NCBI GenBank assembly: GCA_964270895.1
Contig: OZ185444.1
Direction: 5' to 3' (one strand)
From: Podarcis filfolensis
Lineage: Eukaryota
Length of the DNA stretch: 64,000 nucleotides
Shown here: one piece after another, positions 23,341 to 35,361 of the stretch
How the letters are laid out: each line of letters starts with the position of its first letter
How positions within the stretch are numbered: position 1 is the first letter of the stretch
Translations under genes and position numbers: made by a program
Notes under the pieces: model-generated
Told to the model about the DNA's origin: nothing
What the model saw: only the letters and a program-made list of their open reading frames with translations
Database searches by the model: none

Positions 23341-24108
23341 TTTTTCCACCTTCGCCGCATCAAGCAGTTGGTCCCTTACCTTTCCTGCCCCGACCTGGCC
23401 ACAGTGATCCATGCGACGGTCATCTCCAGGCTTGACTACTGTAATTCGCTCTACGCGGGGCTGCCCTTGAAGCTGTCCCAGAAACTCCAGCAGGTGCAGA
23501 ATGCTGCAGCGAGGCTCCTCACGGGGTCTCTGCCATGGGAGCATATTCACCCAGTGCTTTTCAAACTGCACTGGCTCCAGGTAGAGTACAGGGTCAGATT
23601 TAAGGTGTTGCTTTTGACCTTTAAAGCCCTTCACGGCCTAGGACCCTTGTACCTACGGGACCGCCTCTCCCGGTATGCCCCATGGAGAGCCTCAAGGTCC
23701 ATAAATAGCAACACCCTAGTGGTCCCAGGCCCTAAGGAAGTTAGATTGGCTTCAACCAGAGCCAGGGCCTTTTCAACTCTGGCCTGGTGGAACGCTCTGC
23801 CTCGTGAGACCAGGGCCCTGCAGGATCTGATTTCTTTCCGCAGGGCCTGTAAGACAGAGTTGTTCCGCCTGGCCTTTGGCTTGGAGCCAATTTGATTCCC
23901 TCCCTCTCTTTTTTCCTTTCCTTCTCCTCCTGCGATGAGGCTACATTTTAATATTTTAATGTTTCAATATTTTAATGTTGTATTTTAATTTTGTTTTTAA
24001 GTTGTAATCATTCAACTTGTTTTTATTATTGCTTGTAAGCCGCTCTGAGCCCGGCCTTGGCTGCGGAGGGCGGGGTATAAATAAAAATTATTATTATTAT
24101 TATTATTA
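23341..24108 (+). mobile_element. L2 LINE, 5'-truncated, with open ORF2 C-terminus, 3' UTR and (TTA)n tail
   Basis: Uninterrupted frame FFHLRRIKQLVPYL...VISRLDYCNSLYAGLP...QNAAARLLTG...HWLQVEYRVRFKVLLLTFKAL to the stop at 23895, a classic L2 signature. The tail is at 24088-24108. Confidence 0.9.
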
Positions 24109-25264
24109 AAGTTTAAAAGGAATGTTGGGAATCTGAGAGAAGACACGCATGCAGAGGAAGTGTGGATCTAGGTTGCGCTTGAAATAAAAGTCGCCACACA
24201 GGAGTAAAGTCAGCAGGGTCCAAATTTTAATGACAAGGAATAGACACACAGCAAACAGCTCTGGATGAAATCATATGAGGAAAAACAAGTCCCAGCTTGC
24301 AGGCTTTTTAGATACAGATGCAGATACAATCTCTTCCAAGGCTTCAACCGCAACGCTAATACCTACACTAGCTGATTAATTACACAGATCTAGCAAGAGC
24401 TACTAGCCATTACCACAGCAACTGGCTCATTTGACCTTGCATTTGTGATTACCTCTCCTGTTAGGTGATTTATGCTCATGAAGGAAATTCATCCCTTCCG
24501 ACATATGCCCAGCTATTTCTACAAGGAAGTCGCAAGGAAAAAAATTAAGCAAGTAAAGAGTCTGGGTGCTTTTTTTCTTCGATGGGGTGCCTTCTCAGTG
24601 CTAGCAGTTTAAATGACAAGTTTAAATGAAAAGGTTTGCATTTCTAATCTGGACCTGGCAAGACTGCACAGGATTTCTCTTCTTCTGTTACTGCAGTTAA
24701 TTCAATCTGTTGGGCTAGGGATGAAGAGAAGTCAGATCTCTGGGTGATGTGCAGTCAAGTGGGGGTGGGAAATTAATGGCCATGTTCCTTTAAGTGGGCC
24801 TCATGTCAGTGGTGGGGGGAGAACTAGATGTGAATTTTACCTTTGTACAATAGGCTTGTTTCTTCACATTCACACACGTCAGTTCTTCATTGAGGCAGCC
24901 AAGAGTTTAATATGTGCAGCCCCTCCCCGCGCCCAGCAAAAGTACTCAAGGACGGTGCAAAGCATAACTGGTGAGGGGTGTGGCTCAGGAGGGTGTGTGG
25001 TCTACAAAGAGTCCTGAGGGCCAGATACAGAGTCCTGGAGGGCCACATCTGCCCTTTCCCCAGGCGTGGCATTTCCTGTCGTGGCAGTAATGGCCAAAGG
25101 TTTCCAATTCCCTTTGTTTAACAGCAGCAATAATAAAATATTCTTTCCCCTCCCTCCTTTCCCCACTAAAACAGACTCCTGAAACAAACAATGTCTGGAA
25201 TAAAACCAGGAGTGGATATTTGTGGAAAAGTACTGTGAGCTCAGTTCTAGTACAATGGTACCTT

Positions 25265-25605
25265 GGGACGTGGGTGGCGCTGTGGGTTAAACCACAGAGC
25301 CTAGGGCCTGCTGATCAGAAGGTCGGCGGTTCGAATCCCCGCGACGGGGTGAGCTCCCGTTGCTCGGTCCCTGCTCCTGCCAACCTAACAGTTCGAAAGC
25401 ACATCAAAGAGCAAGTAGATAAATAGGTACCGCTCTGGCGGGAAGGTAAACGGCGTTTCCGTGCACTGCTTTGGTTTGCCAGAAGCGGCTTAGTCATGCT
25501 GGCCACATGACCCAGAAGCTGTACCGGCCAATAAAGCGAGATGAGTCCTGCAACCCCAGAGTTGGCCATGACTGGACCTAATGGTCAGGGGTCCCTTTAC
25601 TTTTA
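25265..25605 (+). mobile_element. Sauria SINE, full length
   Basis: Same head, body and tail as 3135-3492. 24-bp TSD CTCAGTTCTAGTACAATGGTACCT at 25240-25263 and 25606-25629. Confidence 0.92.
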
Positions 25606-25618
25606 CTCAGTTCTAGTA

Positions 25619-25844
25619 CAATGGTACCTCGGTTTACAAACGCTTCAGGTTACAGACTCCTCTAACCCAGAAATAGTACCTTGGGTTAAGAACTTTACTT
25701 CAGGATGAGAACAGAAATCGTGCGGTGGTGGCATGGTGGCAGCGGGAGGCCCCATTAGCTAAAGTGGTGCTTCCGGTTAAGAACAGTTTCAGGTTAAGAA
25801 CGGACCTCCAGAATGAATTAAATTCTTAACCCAAGGTACCACTG
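25619..25844 (+). mobile_element. Tigger/pogo-like MITE
   Basis: TA-CAATGGTACCTCGG...CCAAGGTACCACTG-TA. The left TIR is partly duplicated by the TSD of the adjacent SINE. Confidence 0.88.
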
Positions 25845-25870
25845 TACTGAACAGTTCTAGGCCTAAACTT

Positions 25871-26039
25871 GGGGAAGGGCTGTAGCAAAGTGGTAGAGCA
25901 TCTGCTTTGCATGCAGACAGTCCCAGGTTTAATTCATGGCATCTCCAGTTAGGGCTGATGGACATCTCTGAAACTCTGAAGAGCTGCTGCCAGTCAGTGT
26001 GGGCAATACTGAACTAGATGGACCAATGGCCTATTCTGT
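25871..26039 (+). mobile_element. tRNA-derived CORE-type squamate SINE (Squam3-like)
   Basis: ggggaagggctgtagc...gtagagcatctgctttgcatgcag...gtcccaggtt...actgaactagatggaccaatgg. Related copies at about 1291-1405(+), 6234-6377(-) and 8100-8245(+). Confidence 0.6.
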
Positions 26040-26520
26040 AACAAATCCCTGGATGGAGCATGTACTCCCTGCTCCTTAATGCTATGTCTGTTCCTTGAGC
26101 TACTGTTTGGCACCAGTTGGTGAGCTTCAAAAGATGAAGACGACAACAACAAGAATCCAGCAAGTCTGAAGTCTGCCAAACTTTGTGCTGGCTGCCCTTA
26201 GAAATAATTTGAGAATTGAACAGCTGAAGTCTGCCATCCAGTGGCAATATTTGTAACAGCATTTGAAAATATAATTCTTGGGTTTTGCTAAGCATATTCA
26301 TTATGTTTCTAAAATACCTTTCATCCAAAGATTGCAGGAAAACATGGAAAATAGAAAACCATATAAAAATATGTGAAAACACATACGGACTTAGAGAATG
26401 TAGAGTTCTCCATACACATCCAAATTTTTCATAAGCACTTGTTGACTCTATAGTAAGCTAACTGAAAAACATCATAATTTTCTGAAGGTGACTTCCATTG
26501 GGAAGCTGTGCTAGTCTGTT

Positions 26521-26846
26521 GAAGAAAAGCAAAAGTGTTTTGTGGCACCCTAAAGACTAATAAATTCGCTTACGGCATGCGATTTACTGGTCTGGACTAG
26601 AATCCACAAGATAATTCAGAGGTGGGGAATTTGTGGCCCTCCAGATGTTGCTGGACCACAACTCCCATCACTCCTAGCCATTGATCATATTGGCTGTGGC
26701 TGGTGGAGGTTTGAGAGCAACAACATCTGGAGGACCACAGCATCTGCATCCCTGAAGAAAAAAATGCATCTGATGACGTGAACTGTATTCCATGAAAGTT
26801 TGTGCCGTAAGTCTTTTAAGTGCCACAAGACACTTGCTTTTTCTTC
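26521..26846. mobile_element. Older degenerate Penelope-like inverted repeat, interrupted by a hAT-type MITE
   Basis: Left arm gaagaaaagc...gtgttttgtggcaccctaaagac...ttacggca is the imperfect reverse complement of the right arm tgccgtaagtcttttaagtgccacaagacacttgctttttcttc. The right arm carries gcat-CTGATGA...GAAA-gtttgtgc (26766-26805). Confidence 0.6.
26617..26754. mobile_element. ~140-bp hairpin hAT-type MITE
   Basis: cagaggtggggaatttgtggccctccagatgttg...caacatctggaggaccacag...ccctg. Confidence 0.68.
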
Positions 26847-26991
26847 TCCTAATGGTTATATTTTAAAGTTATACTAACTTTATGTGACCCTTTCCATCAA
26901 TGGCTTCTAGAGTGGCTGAAGCTACCCCTTGCTGAACTCCTGCCTTTTACACAAGATGTAGTGGTGGCCATCAAGTCTGGATGGCTTTAAA

Positions 26992-27033
26992 AAGAAGAAG
27001 GAGAAGGAGAAGAAGAAGGAGAAGAAGAAGAAG
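26992..27033. repeat. (GAA/GGA)n triplet repeat
   Basis: aagaagaaggagaaggagaagaagaagg... abutting the L2 tail. Confidence 0.9.
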
Positions 27034-27390
27034 AATTATTTATTATTTATACCCTGCCCATCTGGCTGGGTTTCCCCAGCCACTCTGGGCGGCTTCCAAC
27101 TGAATATTAAAAACAATACAGCATCAGACATTAAAAACTTCCCTAAACAGCCTTCAGTTGTCTTTTAAAAGTAAAATAGTTGTTTATTGCCTTGACATCC
27201 GCTGGGAGGGCGTTCCACAGGGCAGGCGCCACTACCGAGAAGGCCCTCTGCCTGGTTCCCTGTAACCTCACTTCTCGCAGCGAGGGAACTGCCAGAAGGC
27301 CCTCGGCGCTGGACCTCAAAGTCCGGGCTGGATGATGGGGGTGGAGACGCTCCTTCAGGTATACAGGACTGAGGCCGTTTAGAGCTTCAA
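27034..27390 (-). mobile_element. L2 3' end (young lacertid-type subfamily)
   Basis: ttatttataccctgcccatctggctgggtttccccagccactctgggcggcttcc... matches 28385-28700 and 63950-64000. Confidence 0.85.
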
Positions 27391-28357
27391 AGATACAGTA
27401 TATTCATAGAGGACGAGGCTATCTGTGGCTACTAGCATATGTTCTACCTGCAGCATCAGAGACAGTATGCCTCTGCGTACCAGTTGTTGGGAACCACAGG
27501 TGAGGACTGTGCTATTGCGCTCAGGTCTTTCTTCCTGCATCTGGTTGGCATCTGTTAGAATAAGATGCTGGACTAGATAGGCTTTTGGTCTGGTGAAGCG
27601 AGGCTACTCTTACAGCCGTACAACTTCCTGCTTACAGTGCCCTTGTTAAAGGCAAAGAGTAAAGAGGCAGTAACCCAAACAGGAAGTTAGCCTCCTTTCA
27701 CCACTTTCATCCTCACAGCAGATGTGGTTACATGGTGGTTATAGAGACCTTCAAGTGGTTCACTGGCTTGCTGGAGCCCTGACCCCACTTCCTGCTGATC
27801 TACTTGTCCAAGATAATGTATATTTATTTACTGAATTGCATTCATATCCCGCCTTTCTCCCAAAGGGGAGTCCAGGGAGATATTGAAAAGATTTGAAAAT
27901 GGATCAAAACAATCTGACAACAATTACAACTAAAACATCTAAAAGCAGTTCCAGTTACAAACATTCTAAAAGTGATGGCAATTAAAACCATACTTCCATC
28001 CAATGATCTTGAGGTTGGCAGGGACAGTATTCTTTAGGCACTAAATGCCTGGGTAAACAGGAATGTGTTAAAATTCCTCCTAAAAGTTAATAACGATGAA
28101 GACAAGCACACCCCACTAGGGAGTGCAATCTGCAACTAGGGAACCATCATTGTAAAGGTCAGCCCCAGGTGGACATCCATAGATTTAGCAATGCTCAGGT
28201 TTGATACAAGGGTTTTTTAATGCAAGTAAGTCCTACATGGAAGACACCAACTGAAGTTAATAGGCCAGATTTAGTCATGTGATGTCCAGGATTTCAGTGG
28301 GTCTACTCTGAGTATTACTAACATTGAATGCAAGATTTTGTGTCTGGCTTTTCAAAT

Positions 28358-28708
28358 AATAATAATAAATAATAATAATAATAATTTGTACCCCGCCCAT
28401 CTGGCTGGGTTTCCCCAGCCACTCTGGGCGGCTTCCACAGAGACCAAAAATACACTAAAATGTCACACATTAAAAACTTCCCTGAACAGGGCTGCTTTAA
28501 GATGTCTTCTGAATGTCAGGTAGTTGTTTATCGCTTTGACATCTGATGGGAGGGCGTTCCACAGGGCGGGTGCCACTACCGAGAAGGCCCTTTGCCTGGT
28601 TCCTTGTAGCTTTGCTTCTCGCAATGAGGGAACCGCCAGAAGGCCCTCGGCGCTGGACCTCAGCATCCAGGCAGAACGATGGGGGTGGAGGCGCTCCTTC
28701 AGGTAGCC
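28358..28708 (-). mobile_element. L2 3' end with (TTA)n tail
   Basis: Minus frame GYLKERL...RAFSVVAPALWNALP...FRRHLKAALF is the L2 ORF2 end. (ATA)n run at 28358-28385. Confidence 0.87.
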
Positions 28709-29667
28709 CAAGTGGGCAAAGTTGAAGGGGAAGATTTGGTTTCAGAAGACGGTTCCTCTGTGACTTTGCTGCGGAGGAGATGAAAGGGAGAGCTTTCAAT
28801 TTTAGCAGACTGAACTGTAGGGCAGGGGAGGGGAGTCGCCTGGTTGAAGTGTTAGTCATCCCCACCCACTCTTCCATTCCTCCATAATGACAATGGGTGG
28901 GTTATTGTAACTAGGTCAACATTAGAAAAAAATTCTCCTGCAAGCTAGACATAAATATACAAAATTCCAGTGGAGAACTCTTTCTTACCCTGGCCATGAT
29001 GGTCTGTGGTGGAATGAAACCCTAAAAGTTATGAGACAGGGCAGAAAGCATAAGCATGCTGTGATTAACAATTTCCTTGGAATTCGTTTGTGAATTCAAA
29101 GTGAACTTTTGATGCCATTTTGCTGTAAACATTCTGTCCCGGCTCTACATCCCTTCATTATTTTTGTTAAAGAATCATGTATACACACTGTGGCTTAAAG
29201 AATTTATATATATTATTAGTAAGGTTGACGGGTCTTTTTTTTTTTTTTTTTTTTTTAAACATATTTCCCTGGAAGGAGGCTGTGTACTTTTAACAGTGGT
29301 AGGAGCAAGGGAGACATTCAACTGTCATTGTCTTTCTTGAAGTAGTGGCAGGAGAAAGCCGTACCTGTTGAATTTTTCCTTATCACAAACCTGCTAACAG
29401 AGCTGCTGAATGGATATTAATAGCTGCATTGACATGGTCATGGCCATAATGTCATAAAAATAATGCCATTTGTGCATTGGTTTACTCCACACAAGGGAGA
29501 ACATATTCTTTGGGTTTGTTGTGGAGCTACAACGAGCAAATTTTTGTTGACATCTGTCTGCCTTGAGAGACAACGGAGTGTACCTCTGGGAGAGTGTCAA
29601 ACCACTGCGCTAGCAGCACCAAATGACCTCCCCAGGGCACAAATTTATTTTCCATTTGAGAAAGTTG

Positions 29668-30050
29668 TTGGCGTCCATCTGTCTCAGGAGATAATGGAGT
29701 AGTGCACCTTTAGGGGTAAAGTCTAACCATTGGAGAGTTGCAGCGCCTGCTGTGGCTGTAGAAACTGATTTTGGAGAGGCATGTTTTGTTGCTGCTGGGG
29801 CAGATGAAGGCGTCTGGTTGTGCTGCTGCAGATGCACCACGGCATTTATTTTCTCTGTACTCCTCCCAGTGGTCATTCCTTCATGACCTGTCTGTCCTCC
29901 AGGCATTGCGGTCGTCTGCAAGGGATTCCCACATAGTGGGGTTGATACCGCCAGCCTTCTTGCAGACATTTTTGTAACGCTGAGATGGTCTGCCAACGGG
30001 CCTGGTGTCTGAAGTCACCTCCTCGTACAACGTGTCCTTAGCCTCTACAG
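29668..30050 (-). mobile_element. RTE-clade LINE 3' end
   Basis: Minus strand gives DTLYEEVTSDTRPVGRPSQRYKNVCK...WESLADDR and a C-terminal FICPSSNKTCLSKISFYSHSRRC, followed by a short 3' UTR. Confidence 0.72.
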
Positions 30051-31126
30051 ACATTTGAAAAAACCTGTGGGCAAAATTACTACTGTGTCTAATTCAAATT
30101 TGGCAGGGCTATCCGATTCAAACGCCTCACTGGCCATAGCTATCTTGCCTCTTCCCCAACTTTATACAGCTATCATTCCTTCAAAAAACAAAAGCAGATG
30201 GTTGGGTGCTTATCCTTTCTGAAAGGAAAATGGGGCCACCCAAAACGTAAGCTGCTGGGTTTCTACATTCTCATCTTGGAATACAATGAGAAATAGTAAC
30301 ACACCCACCACAATTTTTATTTATTTGTTACCTTTTTATCTGGCCTTTCTTCCTAGCTAAAGGTGGCACACGAACGAGCCCCCCCTCCCAAATTTTATCA
30401 TCACAACAACCCTGTGAGTTACGATAGGCCAGGAGATTGTGGCTACTCATTCAGTGAGCTTCATGGGGACCTACAGATGGGTCTCAGTAGAATGTGAGAA
30501 AGGTTTTCCAGAAGTTCTTGTGGTTCTGAGCTGTAAAAAGCTTTATAGGTCAAAACCCGCACTTTGAATGTGCCATTGAAGGTATTGCCTCTTGCCTGCT
30601 GGATGGAGAGATGTGTGTAGAATCTGATTTTTGCATGGCTGCAGTGCAAGTATGTGTTGCTCTCACCTTCCCCACCAGTGGAGATTGTGGCTCCTGAAAG
30701 GTACCTGTGAAGCAGTGAGTCCCTCATACTAGAAAAGTTCCCTCATGCCTGCCTTAGGCAGAGTTTCGTAATGCCCACAGGTGAGCAACTGTTCCTCTTC
30801 TAGTTAAATATTGCCCCATTTTGAGGCATTACTGAACTTCATTTGTTTTGTTTAACATGACCTAATGGGCCATACTTTTTCTTTACTGAGCACAGATTCC
30901 ATACATGTGCTAAGAGCTATAATGAGGTCATAGCTGTGTGCGCAAGGGAATTACGTACCTGTTCCTTTAAAAAGTTGAATTTCCCACTTCTGTTATTGCT
31001 TGGGGGGGATCAACTATCTTCCAAACACTTTCTCTGTTCCAAGTTTGTATCTCAATCAGGTTTTTTAAAAAATCAGTTTTGGGGGTTTTTAATTACAAGA
31101 TCTAGCTATGAGAAATGATACAAATA

Positions 31127-31368
31127 CAGTGGTACCTCGGGTTACATACGCTTCAGGTTACATACACTACAGGTTACAGACTCCGCTAACCCAGAAATAT
31201 TACCTTGGGTTAAGAACTTTGCTTCAGGATGAGAACAGAAATTGTGCTCCGGCGGCGCGGCAACAGCAGGAGGCCCCATTAGCTAAAGTGGTGCTTCAGG
31301 TTAAGAACAGTTTCAGGTTAAGAACGGACCTCCGGAACGAATTAAGTACTTAACCCGAGGTACCACTG
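31127..31368 (+). mobile_element. Tigger/pogo-like MITE, same family and length as 12166-12407
   Basis: Identical TIRs and TA TSD. About 9 mismatches in 242 bp by manual comparison with 12166-12407. Confidence 0.9.
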
Positions 31369-34300
31369 TATGTAGAGGTTTTTGCTTATTATAATAAATG
31401 ACAATCCAAAGATGGATCTATGAACTCTTTGTCCATTATCAGCTATACTGTTTTTATACAGCATTTTTTCTTAGTCTGCTGCCCATGTTCTAACCGGGGA
31501 TGGGCAACTTCAAGGCCCCTGCTGCTCTCCTGTCTTACGATTCTTAAACTGGACTTCAAATCTCTCCTGCAAGGCTATTTATTACAAATTTCCTTTGTTC
31601 ACTTTTCTTAGCATTGCATCTGGCATTACTTATTCATTCCATGATAATGGACACAAGTCTCCCTTAAAACATTCTAATTTTTCTGAGTTGAATGAAACAA
31701 TTTCCAGTTTATAAAGAGAAAAGACATGGCCCACAAAAATGTCAGAATATTTGTAATGGTGTGATTTTTGCTTGGCACAAAGTGTTTCCCACCACCTGGT
31801 GGAGCTAGAGGAAGAAACATGTTGAGTTCATTTCCTTCCCCACTACGGTTTGATGAGCAACAAATAATTCTTCCTTCACCTGCCTGCCTTTCCATAGCAG
31901 CAGGATGCAAAACACTTGCACCTGTACATCTACCTGAGACAATATAAACCATAACAATATGATTTTGCACTAGTGCAACAACAGCCAGTTTCGGGAATTG
32001 CTTTCAGAAGTATTCATTGAGCATTCAACCTGATTTGTTTGCACAAAGTTTGCAGGGAGCTGAGAAAACACCAGCTCTTTGCAAAGAATTCATTCCGATT
32101 TGTTTACAGGGAGGTTATATGGAATTGCATCTAGCAGTCATTATGCCACACTTCCCACTGCATTTCCCCATTGCCTTCCTTATCGCAGTAAGTTCTGTTT
32201 TGGAGTAGGGAAAGCAGATTTGTTGTGCAAGACCACTAATCAACTTTAACTGTGCAGCCTGAATTTCCCCGTATGTGATTGAATCCCACCTCCAAAAAAC
32301 GAAAGTCTGGAAGCTTTTCTGGGATGCAAACAGCTTGGCCTAAAGTACACGATGCGGCAAGATTTCAGGCTTAAAAAAAAGGAGAGTATATCCCACATGC
32401 TGTATCACAAGCTACTTTTAGAAGTCCCTTTTCTCCTCCCCAGTTTGAAGAGCAGTTTTCCATGTGGCAGAAGGTGTCTGCTTGATCACGAAAGTGAAGC
32501 TCAAAGCTTCCTTGGGGATACAAAACTAGCCAGCCAGGTTCTTTGGATTCTGGGCAGTATGTTTCCACTTAAGTACTTATTTGCTGGCACAGTGGGGTGG
32601 AGGAGGGGTTGAGAAGACAATATTGTTGTCGGAGAGCGGAACTACACATTAGAGTTTCTTTATAAAAGCATGCTTGTGGTTATATCTTGAAACAAGATTT
32701 GAAGTAAGCCCATCAGGAGGGGTGGGGGAAAAGGTCTCAGAGAAACATTTGCAGGGCAGAATCAGCAGATATGGTGATGCTAGGCCCTAGCAGCTAGGAG
32801 CCAAGCACCCTCACTGTTCCTGTGCACTGATTCTGCTCCATGTATTATTTAGGCAACCAATCTCTTGGGACATTGCAAAAAAGAGAGAGTACAGTATAGT
32901 TCTGTTCCGAATCCACTTTGTGCTTTTCTCTGGACCAGCACCAGTGCCAAGAGGTTAGCCATTAGTTAAAATAGTAGATTTGCTACATAAGCAACATGAA
33001 AAATGAGTGTTCAGAAAGATTTGAACAAAAGTTTACATCTCAAGTTCTCATGTAAAAATGCACAAGATTAATTTACCACTCAGCTATTTTCAACCTTGTT
33101 GCCAGAGTGCCACCACTTCCAAGATTCGTGCGCACGTTAGCTGCTCCTATTTCTGTATCTTATCTGCATGAATCTCCCAGCACAGAATGTTTCCGTTGTT
33201 TTTATCATGTTGTATCATTTCTCTGTTTCCAGTGCTCAGTGTGAGTAACATTGCTTATGTAGCCAAAATGGTACCCACACACAAAGTGGGACTCAGCCGC
33301 TAGCCGAGGCTTACAGGAGTTGTAGTGATTACACTGGACAAGATTACAAACCCCAATCCTGTGTGCCATTGTGTACTTTACTGGTTAGAACTGGGGGAAA
33401 GATACTGTGTCTGCAATCCAAACCCCACTTAAGTTGGGTATAAGCCATTAGGGAATTTGCCATTAGGCTGCAACCACTTCTGGAATTACAGAATTGTAGA
33501 GTTGAAAGGAACCCGAAGCATCAACCCTCCAACAATGCAGGAATATGCAACTGGACCATAGACATAGACCATACTTAGGCCGTATCAACCCTGCAGACTT
33601 ACACTGGCTTAACAAAGCAGGAAATACTTTGGACAGCCACTTGATCCAACTTCCTGTGCTGAGATTGAATTGCCCTTGCCCAGCTCTCCTACAGTTTTAA
33701 CTCTCATTGATGTTTGCACCAGATGTAGATATCTGGGGCAAACGTAGCCCATCCTGCCTGGCAAAGATGCTTGCAGGCAAGGAATATGTTTAGTGAAATA
33801 AAAAGATGGCTCAAGAAGCAAAAGTGTTCTGCTGCATGCCACAGAATGTGTTTGTTCAGGACTTGGGCAGATTTGTTCACTGTTCCAGGAAAGCAATTAA
33901 AGCAGGAGAGTGATGAGTAGAGTGCAAATGGGGTGCTGAATGACTGTACTGGATATTTCCACACATTTTAGTTTGTATTAGGAGGACTGGAAGCTCTGTA
34001 ACTTCAGCTTATAGCTAATGATGTGTTGGTGTGAAAAATATGTAAGATTCAAGGAAACCAGGAAGGATTTTTTTAATTTTTAAAAAATCCAGTCTGCATG
34101 AATATGCGTCTGCATGAATGTGTACACATGCACACATACACATACATACGCGTGCGCACACACACACGCATATACACAAACAATTGTAAGCCTTGATTAT
34201 CCCCATGGACTCTGTTTCTTGTATTCAGTATTTAATATCACGATCATCTATAAATGGAAATAAAAAGAAGTACCAAAGGGAAGGAGGTAAGTGAGCTATT

Positions 34301-34439
34301 TCATAAGCATACCAATATAGATTTTTTTTTTATTGAAAATGGTCCCAAAAGGCCATTGCTGTCTGACTCATAAGACTCAGGGAGATGGAGCAACTCCCCT
34401 GAGAAGGAAGGTTACATTTCAGGCTTTTTAGATAAAATG

Positions 34440-34950
34440 AACCAACAAGTGGGAACATATGTATAACTGTATAAAATTATTCATGATATAGAGAAAATGG
34501 ATAGAGATAAGTGTTTATTCCTCTAGAACCTGTGGTCATTCATCGGAGCTGGTTGGTGGGAGATTCGGGGCAGACCCAGAGGGTGACTGCCTGATGCACA
34601 GAGGTGAAGCTAGGTCATTTTAGACTCTGGACTTAATGGCGGGAGTTAGATGGCCAGGTGTATTACTTCAGCTGTGAAGCACGTTTTGTTTTTGTGTGTG
34701 AGGCGCACAATTAATGCTTCTCTCCTCCTGCCATGCTTGTACATTCCTGATATGCTGAAACAATACATTGCCAACTTTAATTTTTAAAAAATATGCTCTG
34801 ACCATGTGCAGTTTCACATTTTAAAAACTCACTTTAATCATAGCTTTAAAAGAGGATTAGACAAGTTCATGGTGAATAAGGCTATCAATGACTATTAACT
34901 GTGATTCTCAGAGGATGCTGGACTAGATGGGCCTATGGCCTGACTGATCA
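34440..34950 (+). mobile_element. CR1/L3-like fragments
   Basis: tataaaattattcatgatatagagaaaatggatagag and gctttaaaagaggattagacaagttcatgg...gatgctggactagatgggcct. Confidence 0.5.
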
Positions 34951-35171
34951 GGACTCTTTTATATTTTAAAATCATAATACCATCCTGTCTATGGGAATAA
35001 AGTGGAGTTTGCTTCTGCTGACCTGATGCTAAGCCCATTTACTGGAAAACAAGCACAATTTTATTGTGGAAAAATTGATATTAAAAACTAAAACTAAACA
35101 TTTATAACCATGTAAATTCTTGGCTGGTTGCCCTAAACTCTAAAACAGTTTTATTTAAAATAAGGATGCTT

Positions 35172-35360
35172 CGGTCTGCAAATGTGACATGGAGGCTGGC
35201 AACATCAGCCCTGCTGTGCGGGAATCCCTTGCAGACGACTGCAGTGCCTGGAGACAGATGTTGTGTATCCACAGCAGTGACCAGAGGAGGAATGACCGCT
35301 GCGAGGAGTGCAGAGAGAAGAAATGCCATTGTGTATCTGCAACAGCAGAACCACTTTCAT
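35172..35360 (+). mobile_element. RTE-clade LINE fragment, same family as 29668-30050
   Basis: gtctgcaaatgtgacatggaggctggcaacatcagccct...gggaatcccttgcagacgac...gcctggag matches the 29.9-kb copy. Confidence 0.68.
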
Positions 35361-35361
35361 C

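Larger units (their letters stand above)
26960..27610 (+). mobile_element. CR1/L3-like 3' end, split by a (GAA)n run and an L2 insertion
   Basis: gatggctttaaaa | aaagatacagtatattcatagaggacgaggctatc...ggatgctggactagat matches the uninterrupted copy at 34840-34950. Confidence 0.55.
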
